A DNA stretch of 64,000 nucleotides from Paramecium tetraurelia (Eukaryota), in assembly GCA_000165425.1 (NCBI GenBank), contig CT868679.1, positions 1-64,000 of the forward strand. The letters are read 5' to 3'. This document shows, piece by piece, positions 1 to 13,206 of the stretch. The translations under genes were made by a program, and so were the position numbers. Every line of letters begins with the position of its first letter. The stretch's first letter is position 1. A model generated the notes under the pieces. It had not been told where the DNA came from. It did no database searches and saw only the letters and a list, made by a program, of their open reading frames with translations.

Positions 1-2762
1 CTAGACCCCAACATTTAGCTTCAGGACTCCGGAGCCTGGCGGGGCTTAGGGCAATATTCTCGATGGCCGATAGGCTACTGTCAGTGCTCATGATTCCGAC
101 CCCCTAAGAGGAAATGAGTAAAGTAAATGATTGAGCATATCATTAGTCAAAATTATTTTTTTTTTTTGGTTGGTAATTTAATTAAATAGTCTACCTAAAG
201 GAAACTTCAACAAAAGACTGGAAAAAATAATATTTATGAATTAAAGCTTAGTTAATTTATTTTTTTTAACTCAATTTCAAATATATTAATATATTACTAA
301 GCAGGTTAATTCGCAACTAATTCAAAAAAAGACTAATCATCAATTCTGCTAAAGAAATAGTTACTTTCAAATAAAACCATAAAGCAACGTAGCCGAGGCT
401 AAAAAGTGTTATTTTATTCTTCACATCCTTTTCCATTTCTGATATCTTAAAATAGCTGATTCCTTATGCTTATGTGTTGAAATATCTAGTTATAAGATAT
501 CATCCAAATCAAAATACGCACGTCCTCTTACCTTTCAATAACCTCTGAAGTAGATGAAAATTAGATCAACTCCTTTGGTTTAGTTTCATATACAATAATA
601 TGATATATTCTTTCATGCAGTTTTGATAATAGCCTTTGATACTTAAAAGAATTTTATAATTTATTGATTATTGAAAATTTATCAATAAATTATTAAATTC
701 TATCAATTATCAAAGGTTGCGATGCTGCTTTTAAGAATCTTTGATTGTCAGGTCTATTTTTTTTTTCTGAATTCTGTCTACTAATTCAATTATCAATTAA
801 CAATTTATACCTTTGGGAATGGTTGAATATTTTGAAATTGAAATATTGAGTTTAGGAAAATTCTTATTTATATCTAAAAAAAAAACAAGTATATCATAAA
901 TCTATTTAAATAAAATTTGATTTTTGATTAGATTTTGTGGATGCTTATGGAACTCTTATCTGATAATTCTAGCACACTTATTATTTTTATATAAGTGCAA
1001 TGTAAGTTTTAACAATTCAGTAATTAACTTTTAAATTTTTTATTAAACTCTTATCCATCCTCATTAATATTTTTAATACTGATTATTATTTGAAGATTTT
1101 TTTACAATGCTTTCAAAATTATAAAAAGGATAATTTAATTACATATCAAAAGAAATGGAAAATTAATCAAATCAATACAAATGGAAGTCAATATGATTCA
1201 TACATCATATGCGATTATCTCTATCATCAAATCCTCATTATTATTTTAAAATATGCAATCTCTACATCCTTAAGCATATTCTGCTATTTAATCTCCCAGA
1301 AAGCTTTTCTCTGCTCTTCATTTCCTATCAATCATAATACCTAACTTAAGGCTTCTAGCACTTCTAGCACACTTTCTGCACTGCAAATATTTCGCTTATT
1401 AAAGATTTTCTCCTCTTTTATTATCAAAAAAAAGAATCAAAAAGTTTCTTTGATTTCTTCAGGATTTTATTATAAATGTAATATAAAATTCAACTACATT
1501 AGATCTTATATCTTTTAAGCATTTCATTCTAAATTATTAAATTCATTAAAAGGACTTATATATTTAAAATATCACAAAATATTTTTTAAAATAAAAAATT
1601 AACCATTTTTATCAATATTTCCTTATCTTATGACTGAATTTGATTATTAATAACCCTCATTTGGGTTTCTAAACCAAATTACTTATTCAAAATTAAATTT
1701 AATATTTTATATGAATTCTTAATTAAATACTTGTTTTTTGCATTCTTCACAAATTTAATATTTTTGTCAAGATTGTGATATTTCACTTTGCGAAACTTGT
1801 CTACTTACATAACATTATCAACACACTCTCACTTACTATGTACCTATTCAAGATTAGAAATTAAAAATTTTAAATGGCAAACACATCAAATGGCTTTAAG
1901 AATAAGAATAAGAAGTAGATGTCTTATAAAAAATTATTCAATTTTAAATTCAAGTAAGTAAACCTATAATTTCAAGGAAAAGCAGAACATTAACCATACT
2001 TTCAATAAACCACTTAGTAAAAGTAATTATTTATAAATTTCAAATCAAATATTGAATTCGGATCATTAAACAATAGTTTTTAACTTCATAGAAAAAATAA
2101 TTACTTAAAATGAAGATTTTGAATATGAGGACCAATAATAACTCTATCTAAATGCAATTGAATACAAATTGAATTAAAATTTGTGGCAAAAATTGTGTTT
2201 GTAATTATCATTGTCAGAGAAACTTCAAATACTTTCAATTAATTTATGTAGTTCAACATTGAATACAAATCTATTGCAATAACTCATTGAATCAATTTCA
2301 AATCTCTAGAACTTGCTCTATGTTGAATTAGATATGAAGCAGTATATATTCATTTTTAACATACTCTTTAGTACATATTTAGATGACAATTCAATTTAGG
2401 TGTTATCTGGAGTGATGAAGATTCCAAACTTAATTAAGTTTATAGCGTATGTCTCCTAATGCAATATTGCTGTGGGTACTTTGCATTAATTCTGGAAAAG
2501 GAATAAAGAATAAATAAGAGAGAAGTTTAATTATTTCTACATATACCATCATTTTTGTAACATATTGTGAATATCCTGAATAGATTCTTTTGGGCATGAT
2601 AAAGATTTTTATGAAGAAATAATGGCTAGCAAGTCTTCAATTTATTTGGATTAATTTTCAGAGTCAACTTTTGTTTGACGAAATAATTAATATTGTTATT
2701 TGGTTTTACTTTTAATATATATAATTTAATCGAATTCTTGATAAAAATGAAATTTATAATAA

Positions 2763-3422
2763 ATGAAAAAAAGCCAAGTCATAAGGCCTAACTCCAATCA
2801 CAAAAATGAAATAAAAAATAATCAAATCTACATTCCAAAAGTATCAAACATGATAATTTCTGAAAAGATAATGTAGAATCTACTTCGGACGACTTCTGCT
2901 TATCTACTAGCAAAAAATGTACCTCACTTAAATTTGACTCCCTCTAGAAGGAACTATAGATAAAGCCCTATGAAGAATTAAATTCATGGTCAACAAATCA
3001 ATTCTCTTCATAATTAGATGAATTACGTCGTAACTAATTCTATCAGAAATTACAACCCTTCAAATCAATGTTATTTGTCTAGTAGTTTTTCCAAAATCCC
3101 GACCACAAGCGGGTAAATAATAAGCTAAATTAGCACAAAAACTTTAACTTCAATAAATAAGTAAAATCAAAATTCAATTCCTTTATATAAACTAATTACA
3201 AAAATGAAAAATTAAAGTAAGGATACAAGATCAGTATCCTAATTTCCGACAATGTCAACAGAAAGGATGGTTCAGGATTCTGAGGGACAATAGCAAAAGA
3301 GGAAAAAATCAGTTCGATTTAATGATCAAGTTGAGTATCTTGTTATTAAGAGTGCAGATGGGATTGAAAAATATAAATATAAATTCTTTGAACCATTGGA
3401 TGAAGACCATGTGTATTTGTGA
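2763..3422 (+). CDS. Hypothetical S/N/Q-rich protein (219 aa) with C-terminal RVxF-type motif
   Basis: Intronless code-6 ORF, ATG 2763 to TGA 3422: MKKSQVIRPN...RKKSVRFNDQVEYLVIKS...DEDHVYL*. Confidence 0.75.
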
Positions 3423-3568
3423 ATTTTCCCCAATATAAGTATTAATTAATTTGTGTATAAAAAATAATAAATCTTAAACAAGTTTAATTAAACTCAAAAT
3501 AATATAAGTAGTTTTCATATCATATATTTTTTTTATTGAACTTTCCATCATATTGGCTGTCGTTGGTA

Positions 3569-3629
3569 NNNNNNNNNNNNNNNNNNNNNNNNNNNNNNNN
3601 NNNNNNNNNNNNNNNNNNNNNNNNNNNNN
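3569..3629. other. Assembly gap (61 N) flanked by a near-duplicated ~115 bp segment
   Basis: Run of N; 3410-3523 recurs with mismatches at 3630-3742. Confidence 0.95.
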
Positions 3630-3815
3630 TGTGTATTTGTGATTTTCCCCAATATAAGTATTAATTAATTTGTGTATTTAAAATTATTAATTTTAAACAA
3701 GTTTAATTAAACTCCTTATTATATAAGTAGTTTTCATATCATAAAATGTTTGTATGGAAATTTTTTGGATTCAATTAATGAAGCAACGTATTATATATAA
3801 TCATCTAATTAGTTA

Positions 3816-4430
3816 ATGGATAAAAACAATCCAAACATAAAAGAATACATTTTATCCTAATTGGGAGAAGATCCTACTGAGGAGGCGATAAATTAGGTTG
3901 CTCAAAAAACTTAGGTACTACCGATATTGATAAAATAATGGTTGCTCTTTTACAAAAGGAATAATTCATCATAAAATGGTTTGGATCTATCAACGCAAAG
4001 GCTTGAGAGTGTTCCTATATTTAATGGAAAGTTTGATCAATGTTACGAAGTTGAAGACCCCAATTATGAACTTAAACAAAAAAAATAATTTATATCAGAC
4101 AATCATTAGAAGTATACATCTTAAGAAGACAGAACAATAGAAAAATAATTGAAAGAAGTAGAGAAGGAGATTAAAAAGAGAAAAAAACTAATGAAAACTG
4201 ATAAGAAATAAACAGATCCATATTTTAATGAACTTTATGCATCAGATGATTTAAATTAAGAATCGAAAACCTATGATAAACAACCATTTAACTTAAAAGA
4301 ATAATATATTAATGTGCCAATCTATTACATGATCAAATTAGAAGAGAGTCTTATGGAACAAGCCATTAATATCCATTAAAAAATAGTAAAAATCATAGAG
4401 GCGAAATATGATTATCTTAATTTATTATGA
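3816..4430 (+). CDS. Hypothetical charged/coiled-coil protein (~204 aa; 5' end uncertain next to the gap)
   Basis: Open code-6 frame MDKNNPNIKEYILSQLGEDP...IIEAKYDYLNLL*. Confidence 0.65.
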
Positions 4431-4451
4431 GTTTCTAATATTTATATAAAA

Positions 4452-7378
4452 ATGAATTCAGCAAATGATGAAATAAAAATGAAAAAAACAACCTCTTAGT
4501 TCTCAGTTAAGCCTACTGTCTTGCCGTAAGTAATGTCTACTTGCAAATTGGGTCGGTTTCCAATAGACGGTAAACTCGGCGAATCATTTCAGGAATCGAA
4601 CAAAAGATATAACAGATAGTATTTCAGAATCCAAACTTAGGCTGAGAAACAAGAAAAGGCAGAGAAAGATAAAGGAATTGAGGTATATTAATTATATTAA
4701 TAGGACAAGGATGTTTTTATTTAGATGCAAAATAATCAAGAAGAAGCTTATGAAGACATGAAATAGAAAGACTTGGTTGGACCAGATTCAATTAAAAATT
4801 ATTACTAAACCTATAAAAAAATAACTAGAATCAAGGAGTAGAATAAGCTCTTCACAGTCTAGAGTATGATAAAATCCAAATTAATTTAGACTCTGTCCAA
4901 ACTAATCTCATAATTAAATCAGAACAACTAAGATTACTGCCATGTAAGATGGGCCTAATCAAACAGAAAGGAGAATCCAAAGTATTGGCCATAGAAAATC
5001 ATAAATACGGCGATAAATATGTTGAAGTACTATCTGAAGGTTTGAGAACCCTCCCTGTAATTTAGGATTTCAACTTCAATTAAAACAGAATTAAGGAAAA
5101 CGGTGCTTCTTTGCTATTGCCTTTAATATCTAAATAAGCGAGATCTATTGAAATGGTATCAAATATAATTGGGAAAAAAGGATTAGAACCAGTGTTAAAT
5201 GTGCTTCCATTGCAAACTTGCAAGTATTTATATCTTCATCAATAACAAGAATACAAGTCTTAAATCTAGAAGATAATCAGTTGGGCGATGTCTTAGCCTA
5301 AGAACTCTTCAAAGCCATGTAAAAAAATAATACTGTCAAATTACTTAATGTATCTAAAAATCAAATTACTAATGTTTCTCATACTTTCATTAAATAAATG
5401 ATCGAAACCAATGACTCTTTGGAAGAGCTGTATCTTCATTGGAATTTAATCAAAGGAAGTGGAGGTGCTGAACTTTTTAAAGCTCTGATTAATAATAAGA
5501 ACATGAAAGTTTTAGACTTGTCCTATAATTTATTAGGATGTGGAGGTTCTAATTTGACACCTGTTCTAAAATAGTTTTTTGAAGAAAATAAAGAAATGAT
5601 TCATTTAGATTTATCGGCAAATCAATTTAGTTTAGCTGATAGTTAATCAATTTCAGAAGCGTTAAAGGAAAATCATACAATCTATGGTTTTCACTTTTCT
5701 GGCAATTTTGGATATGTGGATTCTAAAGGTTTCTTAATCATTTAGAATGAAATGAGGAACTTCAATTAAATACATACAGATTATAGAATTAGAGGATGCG
5801 AAACTCACAGTAAACCATATTCAAAAGGTCCTAGATCAGAAAAATTAATGGATGTGTGTTGGATTTGTGATGGTTGGCAGGGTTAGAAGTTTTAATGGAT
5901 TCCAAGTAATATTGATCTTTATTATTATATAGATAAAAGTGGAAATGCATCAGATGAACCGATATTCATTCATTTAGATTTTGAAGGATATGAAGCCATA
6001 TTTTTAGGTAAACCAGATGAAAATGGTATTTACTAAACAAATCGAATGGTTCCAACAGGAGAATTAGATTATTTTTATACTGGATGTTAGTTATAAGTGG
6101 CAAGTCTGACTGAACCATTAAAAGTTCATAATGAAAAATTTAGAGTGAGAACTAAAATTGCTGATTAAATTATAGATGTGTTATTGGATGAAACCAATCA
6201 CTAAACCATAAACAAAGGGAAACCAGTTATATTAGATTGGGATCCAAATTATGATGTAAAACCAAGAACTTGTGATCCAATATATATTCCTGCTAAAATG
6301 AAAAAATAAAAGCGGGCATGGTCATTCCCAATATCAATTTGGGCACCTAAATACAAATTTGATACTGAAGAACTCTTACGTAAATGTTTTGAGAGAGATT
6401 GGAATTGTTCAAAGATAACAAAATTTGTTAAGAAAATTGAAGAATAAGAGTAAATCAAAGAAATGTTATGGCAATCTTATAAATCAATAAGAGAGACTTA
6501 TAGATATTATTCAGCCATAAATCCAAGTGCTGATGTATTCTCTATGTCTCAAAACCCAACATCTGAATTTGTGAATTAATGTTAATTAATTGATGGAAAA
6601 TAAATGAAATTGGCTGATGTAGATTTAAAATTTATTGCTACTTGTAGTGCTTCATAATCAGATTGGAAAGGTAATTTTAGAAATCCCGAAAGATATTTGG
6701 TCAGATATTAGATGATGGAATTTTTGGTGAGGTTATCAGAAGATAAATACATTAGAAATTAACCTGGTTCTCCATCATATGTTTAAGCGACACGTATGAT
6801 ATTAGATTAATGTCTGCCTCATATGTCTTAATATGATTCTCATAAATGGAGAATGGAAAGGTACTTTATAGAATAATGTGATGATGTATGTAAAAAATAC
6901 AAACAAGTAATTGATTATGTGTACATGCATAATTCATAAAAAAAGGTGAAGCCAGGACAAGCACCATTCATGTGTCTTGATGAATTGAAGGATGTGTGCA
7001 ATAAGGCCAATCTTTTTGATGAAAACTTTGTTGAAAGAGATGTTAATTTAGCATTTTGTTTATCTATGTTGACTTAAGTTGATGAATTAGAAAGTGATAG
7101 ACTATTTTAAATGTAATTGATTGAATTCATGGAAGCGTTGGGAAGAATCGCTGATAAATACTCTCCAATAGGAATTGGAAAGTAAAATGAAGTATTTATA
7201 TAATAAATATGAATAGAAAGAGTGGACCTATGAGTAAAGGTTTGCTCAGCCTCTGTACTATAAACTAGAAGCCTTTATGATTCATTTGATCCATACTTCA
7301 GTCGACGAAGAAACCAAAAAGAATTGGAAGATACCAACAGTTTCAATGTTCGATTTAATTGAGGAAGATGATTAATGA
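4452..7378 (+). CDS. Leucine-rich repeat (RNI-like) protein with long C-terminal region
   Basis: LRR units LNLEDNQLGD, LNVSKNQIT, LYLHWNLIKG, LDLSYNLLG, LDLSANQFS; tiny introns e.g. 4683-4703; ends EEDDQ*. Confidence 0.88.
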
Positions 7379-7474
7379 TATTATATACTTATATTAACTG
7401 AATTGAGTTACAACTAACTGGTGCAATGATGAATAAAATAATATAATTTAAAGATTTAGTGATAATAATTGTTA

Positions 7475-9241
7475 ATGGTTAATTTTCAAGAGTTCCTGAG
7501 CTGCCTGGGCTAAATCAAATAGATGGAGATACCTTTTTATTATAGGAGTTAATTCAAAATCAAGGAAAACTTTATTAATCCGAATAGCAAGCATTTTGAT
7601 CAGATTGCTTAAAAGTAAATCATAATATTAATAAGACTCTTATCAGAAGACAATAAAGGATTGAAAAGAAAATGGGATAAGCAATGCAAGATGTTATTTA
7701 TTTGGGTTATTGTCAAATACTTCTAAGTTAAAAATAAAAAAACTATCAATCCAGATTCAGAAGAGTGGGTGGAATTATCAGAAATCTTTAATTTTGACGA
7801 AGTCACTCTGAAATAAAGGTGGATTACATTAATAAACCCTATGGCAAAGAGTTTGAATTGGGAAACAGAAGAGGATGATATAATAAGATCATTGATGATG
7901 TATGTTTTTATCAGCTTAAATTTCTTCATTTAGATAATAGGAGGAAAAACACATTTGGACATAAATTGCTTTAGAGCTTTACAATCATAACAATGGATAA
8001 TATGTTAGAACACCTAAATAAGTCAGAGAAAGATGGATGAATTATTTAAATCCTAAATTAAACAAGTAAACTTCATTTTTAAGACTTTAATTAGATCTAG
8101 TTGGACTGATTAGGAGGATAATTAATTGTTGTAATTAGTCGTTACTAATGGTAAGAGATGGTCAATGATTTCTACCTTATTGTAGGGGAGAACCGAAAAT
8201 TAAGTGAAAAACAGGTATCAATTACTCTGCTATTTAATTTAGATTTAAGAGTCTTATTCATAAAATTTATAAGGAGGAAGATGATGATGACATTGAAGAA
8301 TTGGCAGCCATTAAATAATATTTAGCTAAATAAGCTGGTGGTGAAAGTAATTAAGACAACTTCCTACCTAAATAAACTAAAAATGAAAACAATGTAAATT
8401 ATGAAGAATCACAATCAAATAGTCATATCAAATAAAAATCAAAAAAAATGCCATAAACAAAAAATGGAGAACAATAGAAATAGTAAATTTAAATTAAAAA
8501 GAAAAAAGTAAAGGTTATTGAGAATTTGTAAGTAAAGTAAGAAACTGATGAAAAATTGCAATCTTAAATTCAATCACTCAATCAATAATTTTGTTTATCC
8601 ACCTACGGAAATTGTGATACACAAAGTTAAGAGAATAGAAAAGGTATTTCAAGTTCTCATTCTTAAGGATCCTTAATCAATCAAGAATTTGAATGCAAAT
8701 CCTAATAATAAATTTAATCCTAATCCAAAGGTTCAATTCAATCTCCTTCTTACATGGGATAAACTTCTATTAAAGACCCTATACCTTAATATAATGGATT
8801 TAGACCATATACAAATGATGCATGCAATGATATTTTTTAATAAACACCTTGCCAAATTAATAGATTGGGATTTGGGCTCAAATAACATTAATATCCTTTC
8901 TAATAGTTATCTCCATTTTAATAATAGATTTAATAAACACCAATTGTGTATACTCCTCTTTATTTATATAATTCACAATTCATTTCCTAATCTCCTTATA
9001 AAAGCCCAATTTTATCACCACATATTTGGATGCAATAATAATAATAGTTTCAATAATAATATGAGATTGAAATACAGAATGAATAATAAAAATAAGAATA
9101 GTTTGTAAATATTTAGTTTTATCTACTTAGAATAATAAATTAGAGTTTCTATAAGGATAAGATTTGGTTTCTAGATGGAAAAATAAGAGAGTCTAAGAAA
9201 AATAGAACCAGTAAGAATTAAACAAAATTATAGATCAGTGA
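7475..9241 (+). CDS. Myb/SANT-repeat transcription factor with Q-rich C-terminus
   Basis: WETEEDDII...WTQIALEL...RTPKQVRERWMNYLNP; SWTDQEDNQLL...GKRWSMISTLLQGRTENQVKNRF; about five 21-34 nt introns. Confidence 0.9.
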
Positions 9242-9752
9242 AAATTGTTTATATTAATAAGTTGATATAATACTTTTCAACGTATTTCAAGACCAGTTAA
9301 AAACAATATAAGTGTTATTTTATTTTATCTTTTTTTCTTTATATATTTCATTATTTCTTCAATAAAAAATAATTATTCGATTATTTTAATTAACATCTAA
9401 TTCTTTCAAATCTATAAGCTCTGTGTACCACATTTTTGCTTAATAAAATATTATTATATGAAATTTTCGAATTCGTATCATTTCTCTATTAATTATTTAA
9501 AAATATTTCAGTTTATACAAAAGTGTAAATGTATTCAGTTGTTAATTATTCAAAAACAATTGTTACAATATTATAAAAAAAAAAATTTTTATTAGAAGAG
9601 TCTACTGTTAAATAAATAAATAATTTTTAGTTCTTAGATTTACAAAGAATGTGAGTTTTAGAAGAAAGATAACATTAACTGAGTTTATCATTAGAATTCT
9701 GAATTATTTTATATCAATTAATATTTTTATTCATTATACGTAAATTAAGGAA

Positions 9753-10674
9753 ATGAAAAAATAATAGCTTCTATTAAATGTTAACGAGATGGATTTAATT
9801 TTGGATAAAACTTCAACAAAAGGGGCTCTTTGGTTAGGCAATCTAAAGGCGGCCTAAAATATTAAATAATTAAAAGAAAATAAAATCCAAACAGTCATAA
9901 CAGTGGCCAATAATATTATTGTAAGTTTCGAAAACTCTCTAAACATCTCTCACAAAGTAAAACTTATTATGAAGTCAGATCTATAAAGTTGAAGATACAG
10001 TAAAGGCACAAATAATAGAATATTTCGATGAAATTAACAAAGAAATATAGACTGGGTTAAACTCGGGTTCTGTTTTGGTACATTGCGCAGCAGGAATTTC
10101 TAGATCAAGTGCATGCATTATAGCTTATCTAATGAAAACTTACAAGTGGCCATATGAACGAACCTATTATTTTGTTAAAGAGAAGAGATTAGCAATAAAT
10201 CCAAATCCAGGTTTTAAGAAATAACTAATGCAATATAGCAAGAATCTAGAAGCAAATAGTTAAAATTAAAACCTAGACCTTTAGGAAACTAAAGATTTTA
10301 AGAATTCTAACTCATTTATATTAGGTTATTCAAATTCATGGGTAAAATTAAGCAAGAAAAAGTTGTCAAGTCCCCATGATTTAGTGAATTAACTTTCCTA
10401 AAATTTGTTAAAATCTCCTCTAAAGAAAATTGATCAATTGAATAGGACTTCGACCTCAGAAGAAAGATAAATATATAGATAATAATTAATGAAAAAGCTA
10501 TTTGTTAATACATTCTCTACCAAAAACTCTGATTAAACAACAAATTATAAAAGTGAATAATTGCAAAAAGAAAATAAACCTATAGAAAAATAGCCTATCA
10601 AAACAAAGGCTCTATTAAGCATGTACAAGAGAGTTGAGATAAACAATTTGGATTCTGAAAGAACCTCAATTTGA
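9753..10674 (+). CDS. Dual-specificity protein phosphatase
   Basis: LWLGNLKAA, VHCAAGISRS catalytic loop, AYLM, INPNPGF; one 22-nt intron. Confidence 0.93.
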
Positions 10675-10714
10675 TAATATTTATTACTATAATAACTTAA
10701 CATCTAATAAATTA

Positions 10715-11256
10715 ATCAATCAATTCTCTGATTTGGAGTCTTCCTTTAATTTATTGAATTTTCTTGGAATGCACGACTTTCCTATGTATGAAATCAAAAA
10801 GCATAGACTTTAAAATAGAAATAAATAATTATAAAATGAGGAAATCCTATTAGATAGTAGATTCAATTACATATAACTAAATTACAAATTCTTATAGCAA
10901 CGATTAAAATAAGCTGACAAGCTATAAAAATTAATCTAATTTGTTACATAAACAACATAAAAGATTTTCCAAAATCATTTGAAATAAATCCAAACTATTC
11001 ATTTATCAACATCTATTATTTCTATTTGATTTGTTAGGTTCCAAAGAGGTAAGCAAAAAATCAGCTAATTTAATGAAAATTTTACAAGAAAATAAGTGGA
11101 CCTTATAAATTAAATAAGGTCAATTCACCTTTTTTGAAGAATAAAATTGTTAACCAAATTCCTGAAAACAAAAAAGTAGATCTAATTAAGAATTTCTATT
11201 TACGCGTTTAATGCTATCAATACTCTATAGAATACTTAACCAATTTTAAAGAGCAT
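10715..11256 (-). CDS. Small multi-exon membrane protein, possibly COPI-associated/TVP15-like; exon structure and 3' end uncertain
   Basis: Hydrophobic segments (IYFLFSGIWLTILFF; FFAYLFG...QFGFISNDFGKSFMLF) separated by GT..AG mini-introns. Confidence 0.4.
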
Positions 11257-11333
11257 ATTTTTAAAAGTAATTATAGCTTGTATAAAAAAAATTAAATAAT
11301 AAGTTTAAGTTTGAATAAATAATTTATTTCATT

Positions 11334-11656
11334 TCATTCCTCCTCCTTAATTTCCTTAATTTCAATTGCTTCTAATTTCTACTTCTGATCTAATTATTTA
11401 TTCAATTCCTCAACTTAGACTAACAGCTATTGTTAAAACCAAATAATACATTTTATATAGTTGAATTTAATTTATTCATTGCTTCTAACGAAGTTTAAAC
11501 ATTGCTTTCTAATTCATTGATTCTATTCTGATATTAATTCGAATTGCCTGCCAAGGTATTTGATTGCTCTCTAGTTGAATACTGTTCAGGAAGATTGGTA
11601 TTTAATTTAGCATCAGAGTCTGGGGTTGTAGAATTATTACAACATGATTAACCCAT
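11334..11656 (-). CDS. Small N-acylated coiled-coil protein (~99 aa)
   Basis: MGQSCCNNSTT...YQNRINELESNVQTSLEAMNKL, 23-nt intron, ...EIKEIKEEE*. Confidence 0.8.
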
Positions 11657-11689
11657 GTTATTTATTTTATTAATTTTAGTAAATTATTG

Positions 11690-13145
11690 ATGCATAATGA
11701 TAAGAAAATAAAAGAGATTAAAGATGGTTTGAGCAACTACCAAATAAAACCAATAACAATAATAAAAGGGATATCTGGAATAGGAAAGTAATTTAGATGT
11801 TCTATTTGAAGGTTGCATTTGGCCAAGGCAATTTTAGCAGAATTCAAGTATAAAATTTTGGAGGTAGATTCAGCATTCAGAGATATCTGGATGTTAAATG
11901 ATGTGCATCCTCTGATGTATTCTATGTAAGATCAACTGTCAAAAATTGATGATTAACAAGGTATTGATGTTGATAATGGTGTTAGTTATAATTTTAAAGG
12001 AAATAAGTGGGATTAGTAATTTGAATTCATTAAGACAATTGTAATAATAATATACATACACAAAATGCAATAAACCATTAGTAATAATTGTAAATACAAC
12101 AGTATTAAAAGATTATGAACTGACGAAAATGTTATGTTAAGAATTTATAAAAATATATTGCAATGTTGTCTTGCTGAAAAGTCCAACCAACAATAAGATT
12201 GAAAAGTATTTGCACAATTGTTTTCCCAGAGTCAATTCAAATGTGTTACGTTAAGTAAATATGATATATTGACTAAGATAGCAGAATTATCCAATGGAGA
12301 TATTAGAAATGCATACAATTAAGCATATATATTCTCAATAAATTACAGAGAAGAGACCTAAAGCAAAGATTCTTAATTAACATTTTTTAATACCGTGGGT
12401 AGAGTACTATATAACAAAAGATTGGATTATTATAATACACCAAAACAATTAACATATGAAGAAATGATATCTAAACCTGAACCCAAATATTATTTCGATC
12501 CTTTTTAGCTGTTAGAAACGATACAAGTGACCTAATAGACGTATAGAGGGTATGAAACCTAATGTTTAATGTTAGGTTTTTGTTTATCAATTCATTGAAA
12601 TTCTTACACGACTTGAAAGAAATGAAATAGTTTTATGAGATTCAGAGTGATGCGGATGTAATTGAAAAAGGATTGTGCAGATTCGATAGAGTTAATATGC
12701 ATATTATCTTTAGTATTAAGGAGACATCTTTAATAATCAATAATTAGTTAGTATGGTTGTTACCTTGGGTTACATGTAAACTAATAAACACGTTAAACCT
12801 GCTAAATCCATGATGCTCACATTAAATGGTCCATAAGATTATTAATTTAGATAGGAGAGACTTCTAAAGTAAAATGAAATGAAACGATTAAAGCCTTTCA
12901 AAGGTTATTAAAAGGAACTTGTATTAAGTATTTTATGTGGAAAACGTGTTTCTTTGCTCAATTCTAAAAATAGCTTCATGTCATAAGTTTCAGTTGAGGA
13001 TGATCAATATGATTAACATTGGTTTGAAGAGGATTAATAAGATCAATAGAAATTCTCTAATAAAACATTAAATTCAAAAAATATAAAAATTAGACGGAAT
13101 TAAGGAGATCTGATTTCTAGAAATAAAAATCAGAGAATTGATTGA
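11690..13145 (+). CDS. RAD17: Rad17/Rad24-like checkpoint clamp-loader subunit
   Basis: P-loop GISGIGKL, KPLVIIVN, IAELSNGDIRNAYNQ, KDSQLTFFNTVGRVLYNKR; several 23-26 nt introns. Confidence 0.8.
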
Positions 13146-13206
13146 GTTGTGTAATGATTTATTTAATTGATTATTAACATACATTTAGCAATTTCATACA
13201 TCTTCA

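Noticed and set aside
3410..3742. Direct repeat of about 115 bp suggesting a tandem duplication or insertion site
   Set aside because: The copies flank an N gap and differ by scattered mismatches, typical of unmerged low-quality contig ends
8689..9108. 139-aa N/L-rich ORF
   Set aside because: Off-frame reading of the Q-rich tail of the Myb gene
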